From positions 32,001 through 96,000 of the forward strand of contig CAVPXM010000053.1 in assembly GCA_963709405.1 (NCBI GenBank): a DNA stretch of 64,000 nucleotides, read 5' to 3'. This stretch comes from an uncultured Nitrososphaerales archaeon. GTDB lineage: Archaea > Thermoproteota > Nitrososphaeria > Nitrososphaerales > Nitrososphaeraceae. This document shows, in pieces, positions 10,577 through 20,983 of the stretch (the stretch's first letter is position 1; every line of letters starts with the position of its first letter). The notes under the pieces are model-generated. The model was not told the DNA's origin, ran no database searches, and saw nothing but the letters and a program-made list of their open reading frames with translations. A program made the position numbers and the translations under genes.

Positions 10577-11085
10577 CTTGCCATTCGAACTGAATATCTA
10601 TTGTATAACATGTTTTCTATTAAATTGATCCCTTCATATTATTATTGTGATTAAATTAATAAGTAAATTAATGACTAATGCACTCCAACTATATGGCCGA
10701 CCTTCATGTAATTACTGGATGATGGTTAATTTGCGTAGTAGCTGTTCTACCTAAATCAATAGGTTTAGCGTCGTTGATAGGTCAACTGAGCATTCGGATT
10801 TGCGCTCAAAAACCTGAACGCGGTCTCATATTTATCAGGATTAATTATGTCTCATCTATCTAGAATCCACAATCAGATTCGCCGATAAGAACCAATGATA
10901 TCTCAAGGTAGAAATAGGGCTAGAATTACCCTCATCATAGATAAACCGCTACACTGGGTAATGGTCACGTTTTGGATTATGCTTAATAAGTCGCTTTGTA
11001 TAGATAGGACTGGTTAACAGGTCGTTGCTGTTCCATACAAAAACACATATCAGAGCAGTAAACAAATGTCATAGGATAGCTCTTC

Positions 11086-11445
11086 ATGGTTATGCCAGAT
11101 GACGTGACTAAGGCTAAGATCGTCTATATGATTCTGAATGGCAAGACTGAAGAAGCATTACATCAACTTAGCAACTTCTACAATGTTACCCCGCCCGAAG
11201 TAGTCGTAGGTACTATCAAAGGGAAAAGGAGAAGTGTATACGCTGTATATGTTCAAAAAAACATGAAGATTTATACCATAAACTCCGATATATTTTATAA
11301 TCCTTTTGTCATATTACATGAATTTTATCATCACTTGAGGACATTGGGAGGAGAACACAGAGGTGCCGAGAAGTATGCAAACAGGTATGCCATGAGTTTC
11401 ATCTCCTCGTATAATAATCTAGTACGGGATATAAACTTAATATAG
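11086..11445 (+). CDS. Small zincin-like protein (HExxH)
   Basis: VILHEFYHHL followed by E..AN..A, resembling minimal metallopeptidase folds. Confidence 0.65.
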   Translation: MVMPDDVTKAKIVYMILNGKTEEALHQLSNFYNVTPPEVVVGTIKGKRRSVYAVYVQKNMKIYTINSDIFYNPFVILHEFYHHLRTLGGEHRGAEKYANRYAMSFISSYNNLVRDINLI

Positions 11446-11814
11446 AAAATCATAACGTGATCCTAAATATATATCATTAAACATTTGCTCGTTATTTCAG
11501 GATATTCACTACGTTATAATGAATCATTGGCAGAACAGGTTCATGTGACTTTTCAGTAAGCCAAGCTAGTTAGATAAGTAAAAATGATCTGCTAATTATG
11601 TTATTATTAAGAGTAACTAGTTTTCAATTTATACATCTTATATTATTCAATTAAGCAAAATGTCACCCCAGTCAAATTTAGTTGTCGAATGCAATCGTGA
11701 ATTTTGTTTTAAAAGCTCCTGCGAAGGAGGTGAGTTGATCTGAAGGTCAGATCAAAGTACTGGGATATGTTTGCGTCAAGAATACCTGGAGAAAATTCGA
11801 CATCAAATGCTGTC

Positions 11815-13383
11815 TTAGTTTTTTGGAATCTTCACAGCATCGGAATTTGCGTTATTCTCATAAAAAAGGCCAAGAGAAGACAGTATTTTTTTTCCTCCAC
11901 TGGTTGAAGATAATTGAGAAACTATGTCACTAATTCTGACCATATATTCTTCTCGCTGCTTGTTAGGTGCATCATAGCGTAAAATTAATTCACCTTTGAT
12001 GGGACTTTTTACTATTAACATTTGTATTAATGACGCAAAACCAGAGGCTATTGATCCCAAAAATGAGATTATTAAATCCTCATCATATGACAAATGGTTA
12101 CCTGCCGTTTGATCATTATTTAGAACAGCTGCTTCTTTATCGCTGACTCTAATGGAATAGAGCTTCACATGCGAAGACATTATACGAGAGTCCAATACCT
12201 CTCGCAGTTTCTCCTCAAGTTTACTTCCCATATTCATGATGCATGAAATATCGGTAGCCCGATAAAACTGCTTCTGAAGCAGGTCTATCCGGCGGGTTTC
12301 TTTTTCATCGACATACTCGACTCTAGGGACTTTACCTTCAGCTATTAGTCGTGTATAATTGGATGATCTCGCTGATACTGTTGAGAGCTCAGTGTCAGCA
12401 TAAAGATCCTTCAAATCGTACTCGATTCTTAGAACTTTGTCTGTAGGCCTTGATTCATCAGAAAGTATCACCGATAAGGACTTCCCACGTTCCAATTTTG
12501 CATGTGTGATATAATAATTCTCGGCTGAAATAAGATCTAGTTCTCTTTCAGAATCGCTTTGCTCGCTGGAATGGCCTAATCTAAAGGATCTTTTTAATTT
12601 CTCCGAGATAGAGGTTTTAAAACCAATTGGAATAGACATTTGATCTATTCCTAGGTCAAGTACCTTCCTATTGCTATTCCAAAAACCTACAATAGAGGTA
12701 TCAACATAAAATGAGTATGAAACTGAAGGGGTCGCTATGTTATCGGTTTCCCGATCTGATCCCAACATGATTTCAGTGGTGCGAGAGATCCTATAGCTGC
12801 CGCCATCCTCCTCCACATTCACTATCAGGACATTTGACGCCTTAGATATTAGTGTACTTGGTAAATTATGTTCATCCTTTGATAGCCATGCCTGCAGAAG
12901 TATCATAGAACTCATGTAAGAATCCTCCATCTTAGATCTAACGTACCTCTTGTATTCATCAAAGCGGATAGCACATTCTCTTTCCACATCTGTAATAGAA
13001 CGCACTAAGGAATTTTTGATCCTATAAAATGGCTCTGAATCTATTAGATCTGGGAAAAGCACTTTGATCATTCTTTCATAGAATTCCTCATAAAATGTAT
13101 CCATTGCTGATTCGCTGGTGGTCTTAAATAGACTCATCCTTGTGTTTATTCCTTCTTGCAATATCTCTGTGTTCTTCAATAGAAAATTCAATTTATCCAC
13201 GTTTCTGTGAATTTGAAGTACGTGGGCTGAAATCGAAACGAAATCCTTCAACATATCTACAATATTTTTGTTTTCTTCTAACGGCGAATAATCACCAAAA
13301 AGATATTTCCCCTCGCTTAGATTGTTGCTCTGAGAAGAGGTGGCAGAATCAACATTGGTTCGGTTCTTGTTCTCATGTCCCAT
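11815..13383 (-). CDS. Large hypothetical protein with N-terminal helical/coiled-coil region
   Basis: Uninterrupted 522-aa ORF. No family recognised. Confidence 0.75.
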   Translation of the reverse strand: MGHENKNRTNVDSATSSQSNNLSEGKYLFGDYSPLEENKNIVDMLKDFVSISAHVLQIHRNVDKLNFLLKNTEILQEGINTRMSLFKTTSESAMDTFYEEFYERMIKVLFPDLIDSEPFYRIKNSLVRSITDVERECAIRFDEYKRYVRSKMEDSYMSSMILLQAWLSKDEHNLPSTLISKASNVLIVNVEEDGGSYRISRTTEIMLGSDRETDNIATPSVSYSFYVDTSIVGFWNSNRKVLDLGIDQMSIPIGFKTSISEKLKRSFRLGHSSEQSDSERELDLISAENYYITHAKLERGKSLSVILSDESRPTDKVLRIEYDLKDLYADTELSTVSARSSNYTRLIAEGKVPRVEYVDEKETRRIDLLQKQFYRATDISCIMNMGSKLEEKLREVLDSRIMSSHVKLYSIRVSDKEAAVLNNDQTAGNHLSYDEDLIISFLGSIASGFASLIQMLIVKSPIKGELILRYDAPNKQREEYMVRISDIVSQLSSTSGGKKILSSLGLFYENNANSDAVKIPKN

Positions 13384-13616
13384 TGTTGCAAGGTATATAC
13401 ATTTTCAATATATGAATCAAAGTATTCACTGCATTAAGCACTAAGAATCCGAATCGTGCTCGGGGCAAAAGTCTGAATTTGCTTTGTTAAACACTTGTGT
13501 AAATCGCAAATACATCATGATTTTAGTTTCATTCATTGTTAGACCCGTTGCGATACATGAATACTATAAAATCCCCATATTTAATATAATAACAATGGAG
13601 CTAAAATATAGTTCAA

Positions 13617-14560
13617 TCAATTAAGGAAGGGTATCCGAAATGACTTCTCCGTCTCACAATTAGGATTAGGACATCTAATAAACATTATAGGTTGGTTTAC
13701 AGTATTTGCACAAATCATCCGTATTTTGTATTCTAATAGATCAACAGCAATCGGTATATAATATTGACACTTTGTACAATAACCTTCGAGTGCAAGGTTT
13801 AGGGTCATTTCTAACTTAAATAGTTTTTTAATTCTTATCATTGTTTACTTGCAAATCCATTCTTCTTTCTCAATCCCTTTAAATTGAACTACTAAATTCT
13901 GGATTTCAGGTTCTAATCTTTCTCGCATAAAATGAATTTTAATCGTCAGTCAAGATCCTTGACATCAACCCTGGATTTGTTCGTTAATTTCTCTGACCGT
14001 AGTTACGGTCGGATTGTCAGATAACAGTGTCGTTTTAATTAGATCAATTATATCCTGAAACATTCAGCTGTTTACACATATTGAAAAAATCTGAATAGAA
14101 TATCGAAGAAGATGGTGCGTGTAGTCCGGTACGAAAGATTGATTGAATTGAATCATATGCCCCTGAAATGATATCATCTATATTATATTCTCTATCACTC
14201 CTCAACGACCATGCAATTAAGAATCCGAATGGAGTATAAGCATAAAGCTTAACTACTCCTCCTCCTTTCCTATTTTGTCTTGTGCCAAATGGTTTAATCA
14301 ATTCGAGTTTTATAAAATTTTCAATCTTGCTTTTAATACTCATTAGCAGACTTTCAATTTCTGTCTGTGGGCTAGATAACGGCTTCTTATTATACCTATC
14401 AACATAATTTTTATTATTGTATCTTAACCATTTAGTAACGTCATATATGCTGAATGAATAATGCTTACTATTTTCACTCTCTTTTGATTTTTTAGTTACT
14501 ATTGCGTATTTTAAAATATCTTGATAAAGGACAGCTCATCAGCGAAATTCCCAGTATCTC
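13617..14560 (-). pseudogene. Fragmented winged-helix-like / C-terminal zinc-ribbon protein (copy 1)
   Basis: Pieces 14044..14343 (IKLELIKPFG...LYAYTPFG) and 13617..13841 (LALEGYCTKC...CPNPNC) lie on one strand, separated by stops and frameshifts. Start is approximate. Confidence 0.55.
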
Positions 14561-14717
14561 TTCAAAGAATGAATCAATCCCAATTGATATCTGTTCGGCC
14601 GTCACGAAGAGTTTGTGGCTTAAGAGAATAATAAATTTAATTAATCAAAATTACTACCTCAAACCTATATGGTAATCAAAGACAGAATAGAAAATACGCT
14701 CTGCAAGCTGTGTACAG

Positions 14718-15300
14718 TTATGTAAGCATCTTCTTACTTCTACGCAATAGCAACATAGGATCATTGGTAGGAGCTTCGTATTTTCTAAATAAGCCATAGT
14801 TTCTATATGTATAGCCGAGATGCATGGCCACGACTCTGGCAAACTCCTTCCAGTGCAAGAATATTTGGTTGGTCCCTAAGTTCAAAACGCAATTCTTCAA
14901 ATCCTCTAATGTATTTTACCTGCTCTCCCATTATTCCTTCAATTTCTAATTTTATGTGTTGCAGAACACACTTTTTCATTTCTTCATCCAATTCATCCAT
15001 TGTTTCACTCCACAACTGAGAATAAAGATTTGCTTTGCCTTTGTCCGTAAAATGTAGGATTCCCAAGTTCGAAAATAGTTCATTCATATTCATAATTTTG
15101 ACGTTTGAATCATTCATTCTTGCTCTTAAAACATCTATAACAAATTCTCCGAATACTCCTCTTTTCCTATATTTTGTAAATAATCCTAAGGCAAAGATAT
15201 CGTATGAGGAAGCAGTATCTTTATCGTGGATATCTAATAAATTGTATATTTGTTCTTCAGCTAGTATTTTTTTTCTTGATTTAGCGCCCTCTAAAATCCA
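14718..15300 (-). pseudogene. 5'-truncated, frameshifted paralog of the 13617-14560 gene (copy 2)
   Basis: NILALEGVCQS matches NLALEGYCTKC, and ASSYDIFALGLF matches APSSSIFYSDFF of copy 1. Confidence 0.5.
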
Positions 15301-15380
15301 ATGTTACGAGATTAAGCAATCCTCTGGTTCCCATCAGCATCAAAACTATCAATAAAGAAACGGTCGAATAATAGTATCAA

Positions 15381-15592
15381 ATGCCCATCATCTTCCCTGA
15401 CAAACAAGAAGGGAATATTCTAACGACCTCGATCTAGAATCTATAGAGTATACTCCATACAGGTACTACAAGAACGACTTCACCCTAGTTTTGCCTAAAG
15501 AATTTGCCGTTAGATTAGGAATTGGCAAGGGCGATTTTTTGAAATGCAGTGTTGACGGTCAAAGGTTAGTCGTAGAAAAGGTGGAGACCTAA
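15381..15592 (+). CDS. AbrB/MazE/SpoVT-type DNA-binding protein (not in ORF track; frameshift near GAAGGGAAT)
   Basis: Translation ...YKNDFTLVLPKEFAVRLGIGKGDFLKCSVDGQRLVVEKVET*. Its stop overlaps the next ATG (TAATG at 15590-15594). Confidence 0.75.
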
Positions 15593-15894
15593 TGGACAAG
15601 CTGAAAATCGAGAAGGCTCGATTTGAAGGTAAATGTTCGAAATGCGAGCGTTATCAGAAACAAATTGACAGATTAAAAAAGGCATTCATAGAGGCAGACG
15701 ATGAAAATGTACGTTGCTGCATGAAATACGAAGATAAAATTTTGAAATTTAAAGCCGAGAAAGAATGGTTAGAAGATGAGCACAGTTCAGCAAGTCAAAG
15801 CAAGAAGAAAGCGTTAGGAAAGGTCGGTAGCCCGAACTCTAATGCCGAATTGCGCGCACCCTCTTCAGTCAGAGGTGAAGAAATTGAGCACTAG
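15592..15894 (+). CDS. Small CxxC/coiled-coil protein coupled to the AbrB-like gene
   Basis: CSKC followed by a heptad-rich helix. TAATG overlap with the upstream gene. Confidence 0.55.
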   Translation: MDKLKIEKARFEGKCSKCERYQKQIDRLKKAFIEADDENVRCCMKYEDKILKFKAEKEWLEDEHSSASQSKKKALGKVGSPNSNAELRAPSSVRGEEIEH

Positions 15895-16141
15895 AAATAG
15901 ATTCTCTGAGGATAAAGATAAGTCTTCTGTTGGTGACCTAGAGCAGATTATACCAAGCCCAACGACCATATCAGCTAGATCATAAAGCTGCAACCTTACG
16001 GGTCCTACAAGTAATGAGTGATTCTTAAAAATAAGATCAGATCTATAGAACTAACATATCATCCACAGACTTAATTTACATCTTTAAAATAACTTATGAT
16101 TATGGCAAGAATAAAAGGCTTTAATTTATCAAAATACATGA

Positions 16142-16197
16142 GATCATTAAATGAAAATAAGGCATATCTGATATTGTGATCATTAAATGAAAATAAG
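16142..16197 (+). repeat. 20-bp direct repeat GATCATTAAATGAAAATAAG x2
   Basis: Exact copies at 16142-16161 and 16178-16197, covering the start codon of the next gene. Confidence 0.85.
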
Positions 16198-16917
16198 ATT
16201 GATTTATCTTGGTATTGGGGGGTCTATATTAATAATAATCGTGGTTTTAGTTTACTTAGAGGGTAATGCAGGCGTAAGTAATGGCAATATTAAGAAAGTA
16301 CAAGACGATACTGCGAATAATGTTGCACAGCATTCTGATTCACAAAGAAGCATCAGAATTTCAGTCGCAAACGTAACGGTAAATAAAATTAATAATAATA
16401 ATTCATATATTCAGGTGATTTTTGATGTTAATAATCCTACTGTTATATTTTTTATAGGAGTACTTCAGTAAGTGATTGATATTATTATATCTAGTGCGGA
16501 TTTTGCCGAGACCGGTGATAATTTGCGATGTATGGGTATATGAAGCGAGTTCCTTGACTTATATCACGAATATTTGCATACTTACTGACGAGCAATAGTG
16601 CTATCTGTGGCTATGCAAGTTAGATTTGAGAGCAGATCGACTGGCAGCACAGTAACTCAGGTATACAAGAGTTTATAACTACAGCATATGATTGAGGATT
16701 GTACTTTTGTATGTGGCAGCTAGTTCTCAGCAGGAGGATCAACGAGTTAAACGATCTAGGTCTAAGGCATCACTATAGAAGTTATCTGGCTGACACTTCC
16801 ACAGGCTTACGAGGTATCAAGATATGTAGTGCAGTCAGAGCGTCAGGGAGGGGAACTATAACCCTAGAAGAAATTCAGTATGACATGATGATAGGGAACA
16901 CTCGCTTATCAGCATGA
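16187..16917 (+). pseudogene. Membrane-anchored LEA_2/WHy-like protein split by a ~410-bp insertion
   Basis: N-terminal TM helix, then ...QVIFDVNNP (ends ~16437). It resumes ~16849 as RGTITLEEIQYDMMIGNTRLSA, matching the NPN..i.l..i.Y pattern. Confidence 0.6.
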
Positions 16918-17029
16918 ATACGTATCTTAGTCTAGTAATCTCTTCCAATTTTCTCACTCTGTACCAGTATTCTCTATGAGCAATTATAGTCGCCTAGCGG
17001 GTAAGCAATAGTCCACCGGCAGAAGCTGG

Positions 17030-17135
17030 AAACTATTATTGCCGTTCGAAGAAAAAGAAGAAGGACTATTACTATCCCCAGTATCTGCCGTATAGTCACC
17101 CTTTCCTCCCCCGACCAAGGCGCGGGTTTCAACTT
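17030..17135 (-). pseudogene. Remnant resembling an EamA/DMT transporter C-terminus
   Basis: Minus strand reads GERVTIRQILGIVIVLL, like the DMT 'gE..t..qilG..l' motif. Surrounding sequence is decayed. Confidence 0.35.
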
Positions 17136-17645
17136 TTAATCGAGTATAATCATAATTTACCGGAACTGAACAGCTTGCTAGGACAAAGTCTGCTATGATA
17201 CCATCGTCGTATCTTATAACGTGTTCAAATAGTTCAGTATTCTCCTGATCTTTGCGAAGCTACAGATTTCACTACGTATCTACGTATTCGACTTCTTGTT
17301 CATCTCTTTTGTAGCATCGGAAACCACAGGAGTAAGTCTGTACATCACAGCAACTAGCAAGAGTCTCGGTTATTATTTGAGTTGTAGAATGGAAACTTGG
17401 CAAACTTTTCAACTAATGGCTATGTATAGATATAAGTATTTGATGGATAAAAAATCTATGTCTGGCAAAGGTGTCTTTGGTATAAACACGTGGAACTCTT
17501 TAAAATAAATTCAGTGCTAAATATTTCGCAGATTCTCTGAGCAATTGTCTATGCAATGAGGGCTTCTTGACTCCTTCCGCTGACATCTATTCCTATCATA
17601 GTGTAATAGTTCTGTAATCCTCAAGGACAGGCAAGTAGTTAATCG

Positions 17646-18059
17646 TCATAATTTGGGATAGTATTTTGATACGAGCAGATCATATTTTCCCTGTCTCCAG
17701 CATTCTTCTACAGCATTAAGCTCAGACGAGCCTTTTGGAAAATATATTACTTTCAGAACATCTTTGTTTTGCTCTATGTGTTCTCTTACTATGATGGACC
17801 GGTGATGCTGACGTGCTCTATCTATGAACAGTATTAGTTTTCCAAACTTCTTTTGCACTTGTATGAGATAATGCAGAAAGGTGTATTGGTTAAAGGAATC
17901 ATATTGACGAAAGAGCTGTCTGTCATTCATGCTTAGTGCACCAAATACACAGGTCCTTTGATGTGATCCAGTAATAGTTACAATTGGTCTGATTCTATCT
18001 GCAGTCCACATCTTCCTTCGAACCAAAGACTCATGTATGAAGATGGATTCTCCGTGCAT
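17646..18059 (-). mobile_element. IS630-family transposase fragment
   Basis: (D/G)ESIF, CVFGAL, FIDRARQH and PKGSSELNAVEECW DDE_3 motifs. N-terminal HTH region is missing. Confidence 0.85.
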
Positions 18060-18684
18060 TTATCTGGAATAAAATATATCAGGGAAACGCAGAGTACACA
18101 ATAGATGGAACTATTTCATATAAATCTACAACCGGATTAGAATCGAATAGATTAGAGAAGGACTTTAAGTTAACATTTCCTCCCCCGTCGTAATATTGTA
18201 TAACACGATAACGCATGTAGCTTGATTTCGAAATTAGATAGATGAGGATTATCCATCATAGTTCAGAAATCTAGTACGTAAATAAATGTAATTTGTTTGT
18301 CATAAGGTTCAGACACGCGATTCTTGACGTTAAAACTGCAGACCAACTAGGATAGGAGATCATTGTCAATCCCAAAACTAAGCCAAACCTCGCCGGATTT
18401 TATACCATTTAGCAGAATGTTTAGGCCGACAATCCTTGACAATCAGATATAATGTTAGAATGACGATCTCATCATCTTACTTTCAAGATGAATATATATT
18501 TGCAAATAAGTAAATTGGATTCGATACGATAATAATGTCCCGCATTATTTGTTAGTCTTTTTAGTCTTTTCGTACTTTCTAACAGAAATACAGTTCCGAA
18601 GATTTCCATAAACGTTGGATTATTAGTAGTTTAACTAATCAATGATTTACCGAATCAAACGTCAAGTAGAATAGATCAATTCAT

Positions 18685-20094
18685 CTATTCTACAAGTATC
18701 TTGCTTGCCAAGTCTTTAACTGCGACTGACTTGATATTAACAAATTCCTTGATTCCGAATTCAGATAATTCTCTACCGATGCCTGAATATTTTACTCCCC
18801 CGAAAGGCAGCCTTGGATCTGATCGAACCATTTCGTTCACTCTCACTATACCACTCTGAATTTGTCTTGCTAATCTGACGCCCTTCTCTAAATCGTTTGT
18901 CCAAATACTTGCTCCCAGGCCAAATTCAGAGTTGTTTGCCTCTTGGATAGCTTCTGACTCATTATTTACAATTATAACAGGAGCCGCGGGTCCAAATACT
19001 TCTTCTTTTACAACGGCCATATCGGAGGTTACATCTGATATCACAGTTGGCTCGTAGAAATAACCATCACCTGGAATTTTTTTTCCGCCAGTTAAAATTC
19101 TGGCCCCCTTAGTTTTTGCATCATTGATTTGCTGTTCTAAGGCTTGTCTTTGGTTATCTCTGACTAGAGGGCCAACCGTAGTCTTGGGATTCATGGGATC
19201 CCCTACTACCTCATTTCTTGTATTTTCCACAAACAGCCTAAGGAATTTTTCAGCAACATCCTTTACAACAATGAACCTCTTTGCGGCAATACAGCTTTGT
19301 CCCGTGTTTAATAATCTAGACTGTACAGCCAGTTGCGCAGTTTGGATTAGGTCTGCATCCTCAAGTACAATAAACGGGTCACTACCACCCAATTCTAAGA
19401 CTGATTTTTTTAGACTTTTCGACGCGAGTTCTCCGATTCGTCTGCCTGTTTCAACGCTACCAGTCACTGATACTGCGTCAACTCCTGGGGTTTGGATTAA
19501 TGCCTCACCAACTCTATAGTCTCCGATGACAGCTTGAAATACGCCTTCAGGAAATCCAGCATGTTGAAAAGCTCTTTCTATCTCTAATGCGCTGCCTAAA
19601 CAAACGCTAGAATGCTTTAATATTCCGACATTTCCGGCAATCAAAGCTGGTACTGCATAACGCATAACTTGCCAAAAAGGAAAGTTCCAGGGCATAATAC
19701 CCGCAATAACACCTAGAGGTTCAAAAGACACAAAACTTTTGCGAAATTCTGTCGGGATTATTTCGTCTCTAAGAAAAGCCTCGGCGTGTTCGGCATAATA
19801 ATCACAGAGCCATTCACACTTTTCTATTTCAGCCATTGATTGTCTAATGGGTTTACCCATCTCCTCTGTTACTAGAGTAGAATATGACTCCTTATTTCTT
19901 CTTAGCACTTTTACCAAATTTCGGATATAATCGCAACGCTCAGTTATCTCCTTCTTTCTCCAAAGGTCAAAAGCAATCCTTGATTTTTTAACAATTTGAG
20001 ATATCTGTCCTGCGTCCATAACATCAAACGAACGTACTATCTTTCCGGTAGCAGGATTGATTGTCTCAACTTTGCTATTACTGGACATATCCAT
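18685..20094 (-). CDS. NAD(P)-dependent aldehyde dehydrogenase, succinate-semialdehyde dehydrogenase-like
   Basis: IMPWNFPFWQ, TGSVETG, LELGGSDP, GQSCIA, EEVFGP, PFGGVKYSGIGRE. Confidence 0.92.
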   Translation of the reverse strand: MDMSSNSKVETINPATGKIVRSFDVMDAGQISQIVKKSRIAFDLWRKKEITERCDYIRNLVKVLRRNKESYSTLVTEEMGKPIRQSMAEIEKCEWLCDYYAEHAEAFLRDEIIPTEFRKSFVSFEPLGVIAGIMPWNFPFWQVMRYAVPALIAGNVGILKHSSVCLGSALEIERAFQHAGFPEGVFQAVIGDYRVGEALIQTPGVDAVSVTGSVETGRRIGELASKSLKKSVLELGGSDPFIVLEDADLIQTAQLAVQSRLLNTGQSCIAAKRFIVVKDVAEKFLRLFVENTRNEVVGDPMNPKTTVGPLVRDNQRQALEQQINDAKTKGARILTGGKKIPGDGYFYEPTVISDVTSDMAVVKEEVFGPAAPVIIVNNESEAIQEANNSEFGLGASIWTNDLEKGVRLARQIQSGIVRVNEMVRSDPRLPFGGVKYSGIGRELSEFGIKEFVNIKSVAVKDLASKILVE

Positions 20095-20391
20095 ATATCT
20101 ACTAGTCTCTCTATATTATCTAATCTGCCTGGTAATGATCAGTGGGACCATATTGTGAAATAGATACATCGTTTGGCTGATCATTATGTCAGAATTATCT
20201 GCGAGCAACAACGAAGATACCGTTATTAGATTCACAAAATCGTATGCATCAATAGACTGCAAAGATGATTGCAATTAACGGTGACTTGGTGCGTGAACCA
20301 GATCTGCGAGATACGTTTTCTTTAGTCGTTAATCTTGCAGATTATTCCTCTGAAAAATAGTCTTGGCTATTTGTTCTGAATAATAAAGTAG

Positions 20392-20895
20392 ATGAAAAAA
20401 GGAAAGAAATTGAACACGATCACACTTATCATACTATCTTACCAACTACCTATTAAAAATGCAATCATCTTTGATTCGATGTCTATAGGAAATAGATCGA
20501 CTAGATTCCTGTTTTCAATAGGAACAGCTGTTATGTTAGTCATTGGAGCGTCTTTTGTCCACTATGCTGTCGCTCAAGAAAAAGATGGCAATCATATAAA
20601 AGTTGCAAAATTCGATGTGAAGGTCTCGAAAAGGAATTTAAACGAATTATCAAACTGTGAATCCGATCTGTCTAAGGATGATGGCCAACTGACTTCTGCG
20701 GATGTCCGAGACTGTTACAGCCAAATATTTACAAACTCAAACAATACTGCGGCACAAGCATCAAAAAAGAATTTAAACGAATTATCAAACTGTGAATCCG
20801 ATCTGTCTAAGGATGATGGCCAACTGACTTCTGCGGATGTCCGAGACTGTTACAGCCAAATATTTACAAACTCAAACAATACTGCGGCACATTAG
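20392..20895 (+). CDS. Secreted protein with two identical Cys-flanked EF-hand-like modules
   Basis: Signal peptide ending in AVA|Q (true start probably ATG ~20479), then NCESDLSKDDGQLTSADVRDCYSQIF twice. Confidence 0.75.
   Translation: MKKGKKLNTITLIILSYQLPIKNAIIFDSMSIGNRSTRFLFSIGTAVMLVIGASFVHYAVAQEKDGNHIKVAKFDVKVSKRNLNELSNCESDLSKDDGQLTSADVRDCYSQIFTNSNNTAAQASKKNLNELSNCESDLSKDDGQLTSADVRDCYSQIFTNSNNTAAH
20634..20891 (+). repeat. Perfect 123-bp direct repeat (135-bp period)
   Basis: 20634-20756 is identical to 20769-20891. Confidence 0.92.
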
Positions 20896-20983
20896 CCAAA
20901 GTCAGCGTCAAATGGCCTACGGAGAAAACTTGACAAGATAAGGCTGAAATAGCGTAAATGAGTCCAGTTCCATAAAACCGTAG

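Noticed and set aside
17095-17132. GC-rich GAAACCCGCGCCTTGGTCGGGGGGAG (minus strand) resembling an IS200/IS605 right-end hairpin or omegaRNA end
   Set aside because: No TnpB remnant is recognisable upstream. The same bases run into GERVTIRQILGIVIVLL, better explained as a DMT transporter remnant.
20634-20891. Direct repeats as a CRISPR array or DGR template/variable pair (also considered for 41610-41966)
   Set aside because: The repeats are in-frame coding units with no repeat-spacer architecture, no adenine-specific mismatch pattern, and no RT or cas genes nearby.
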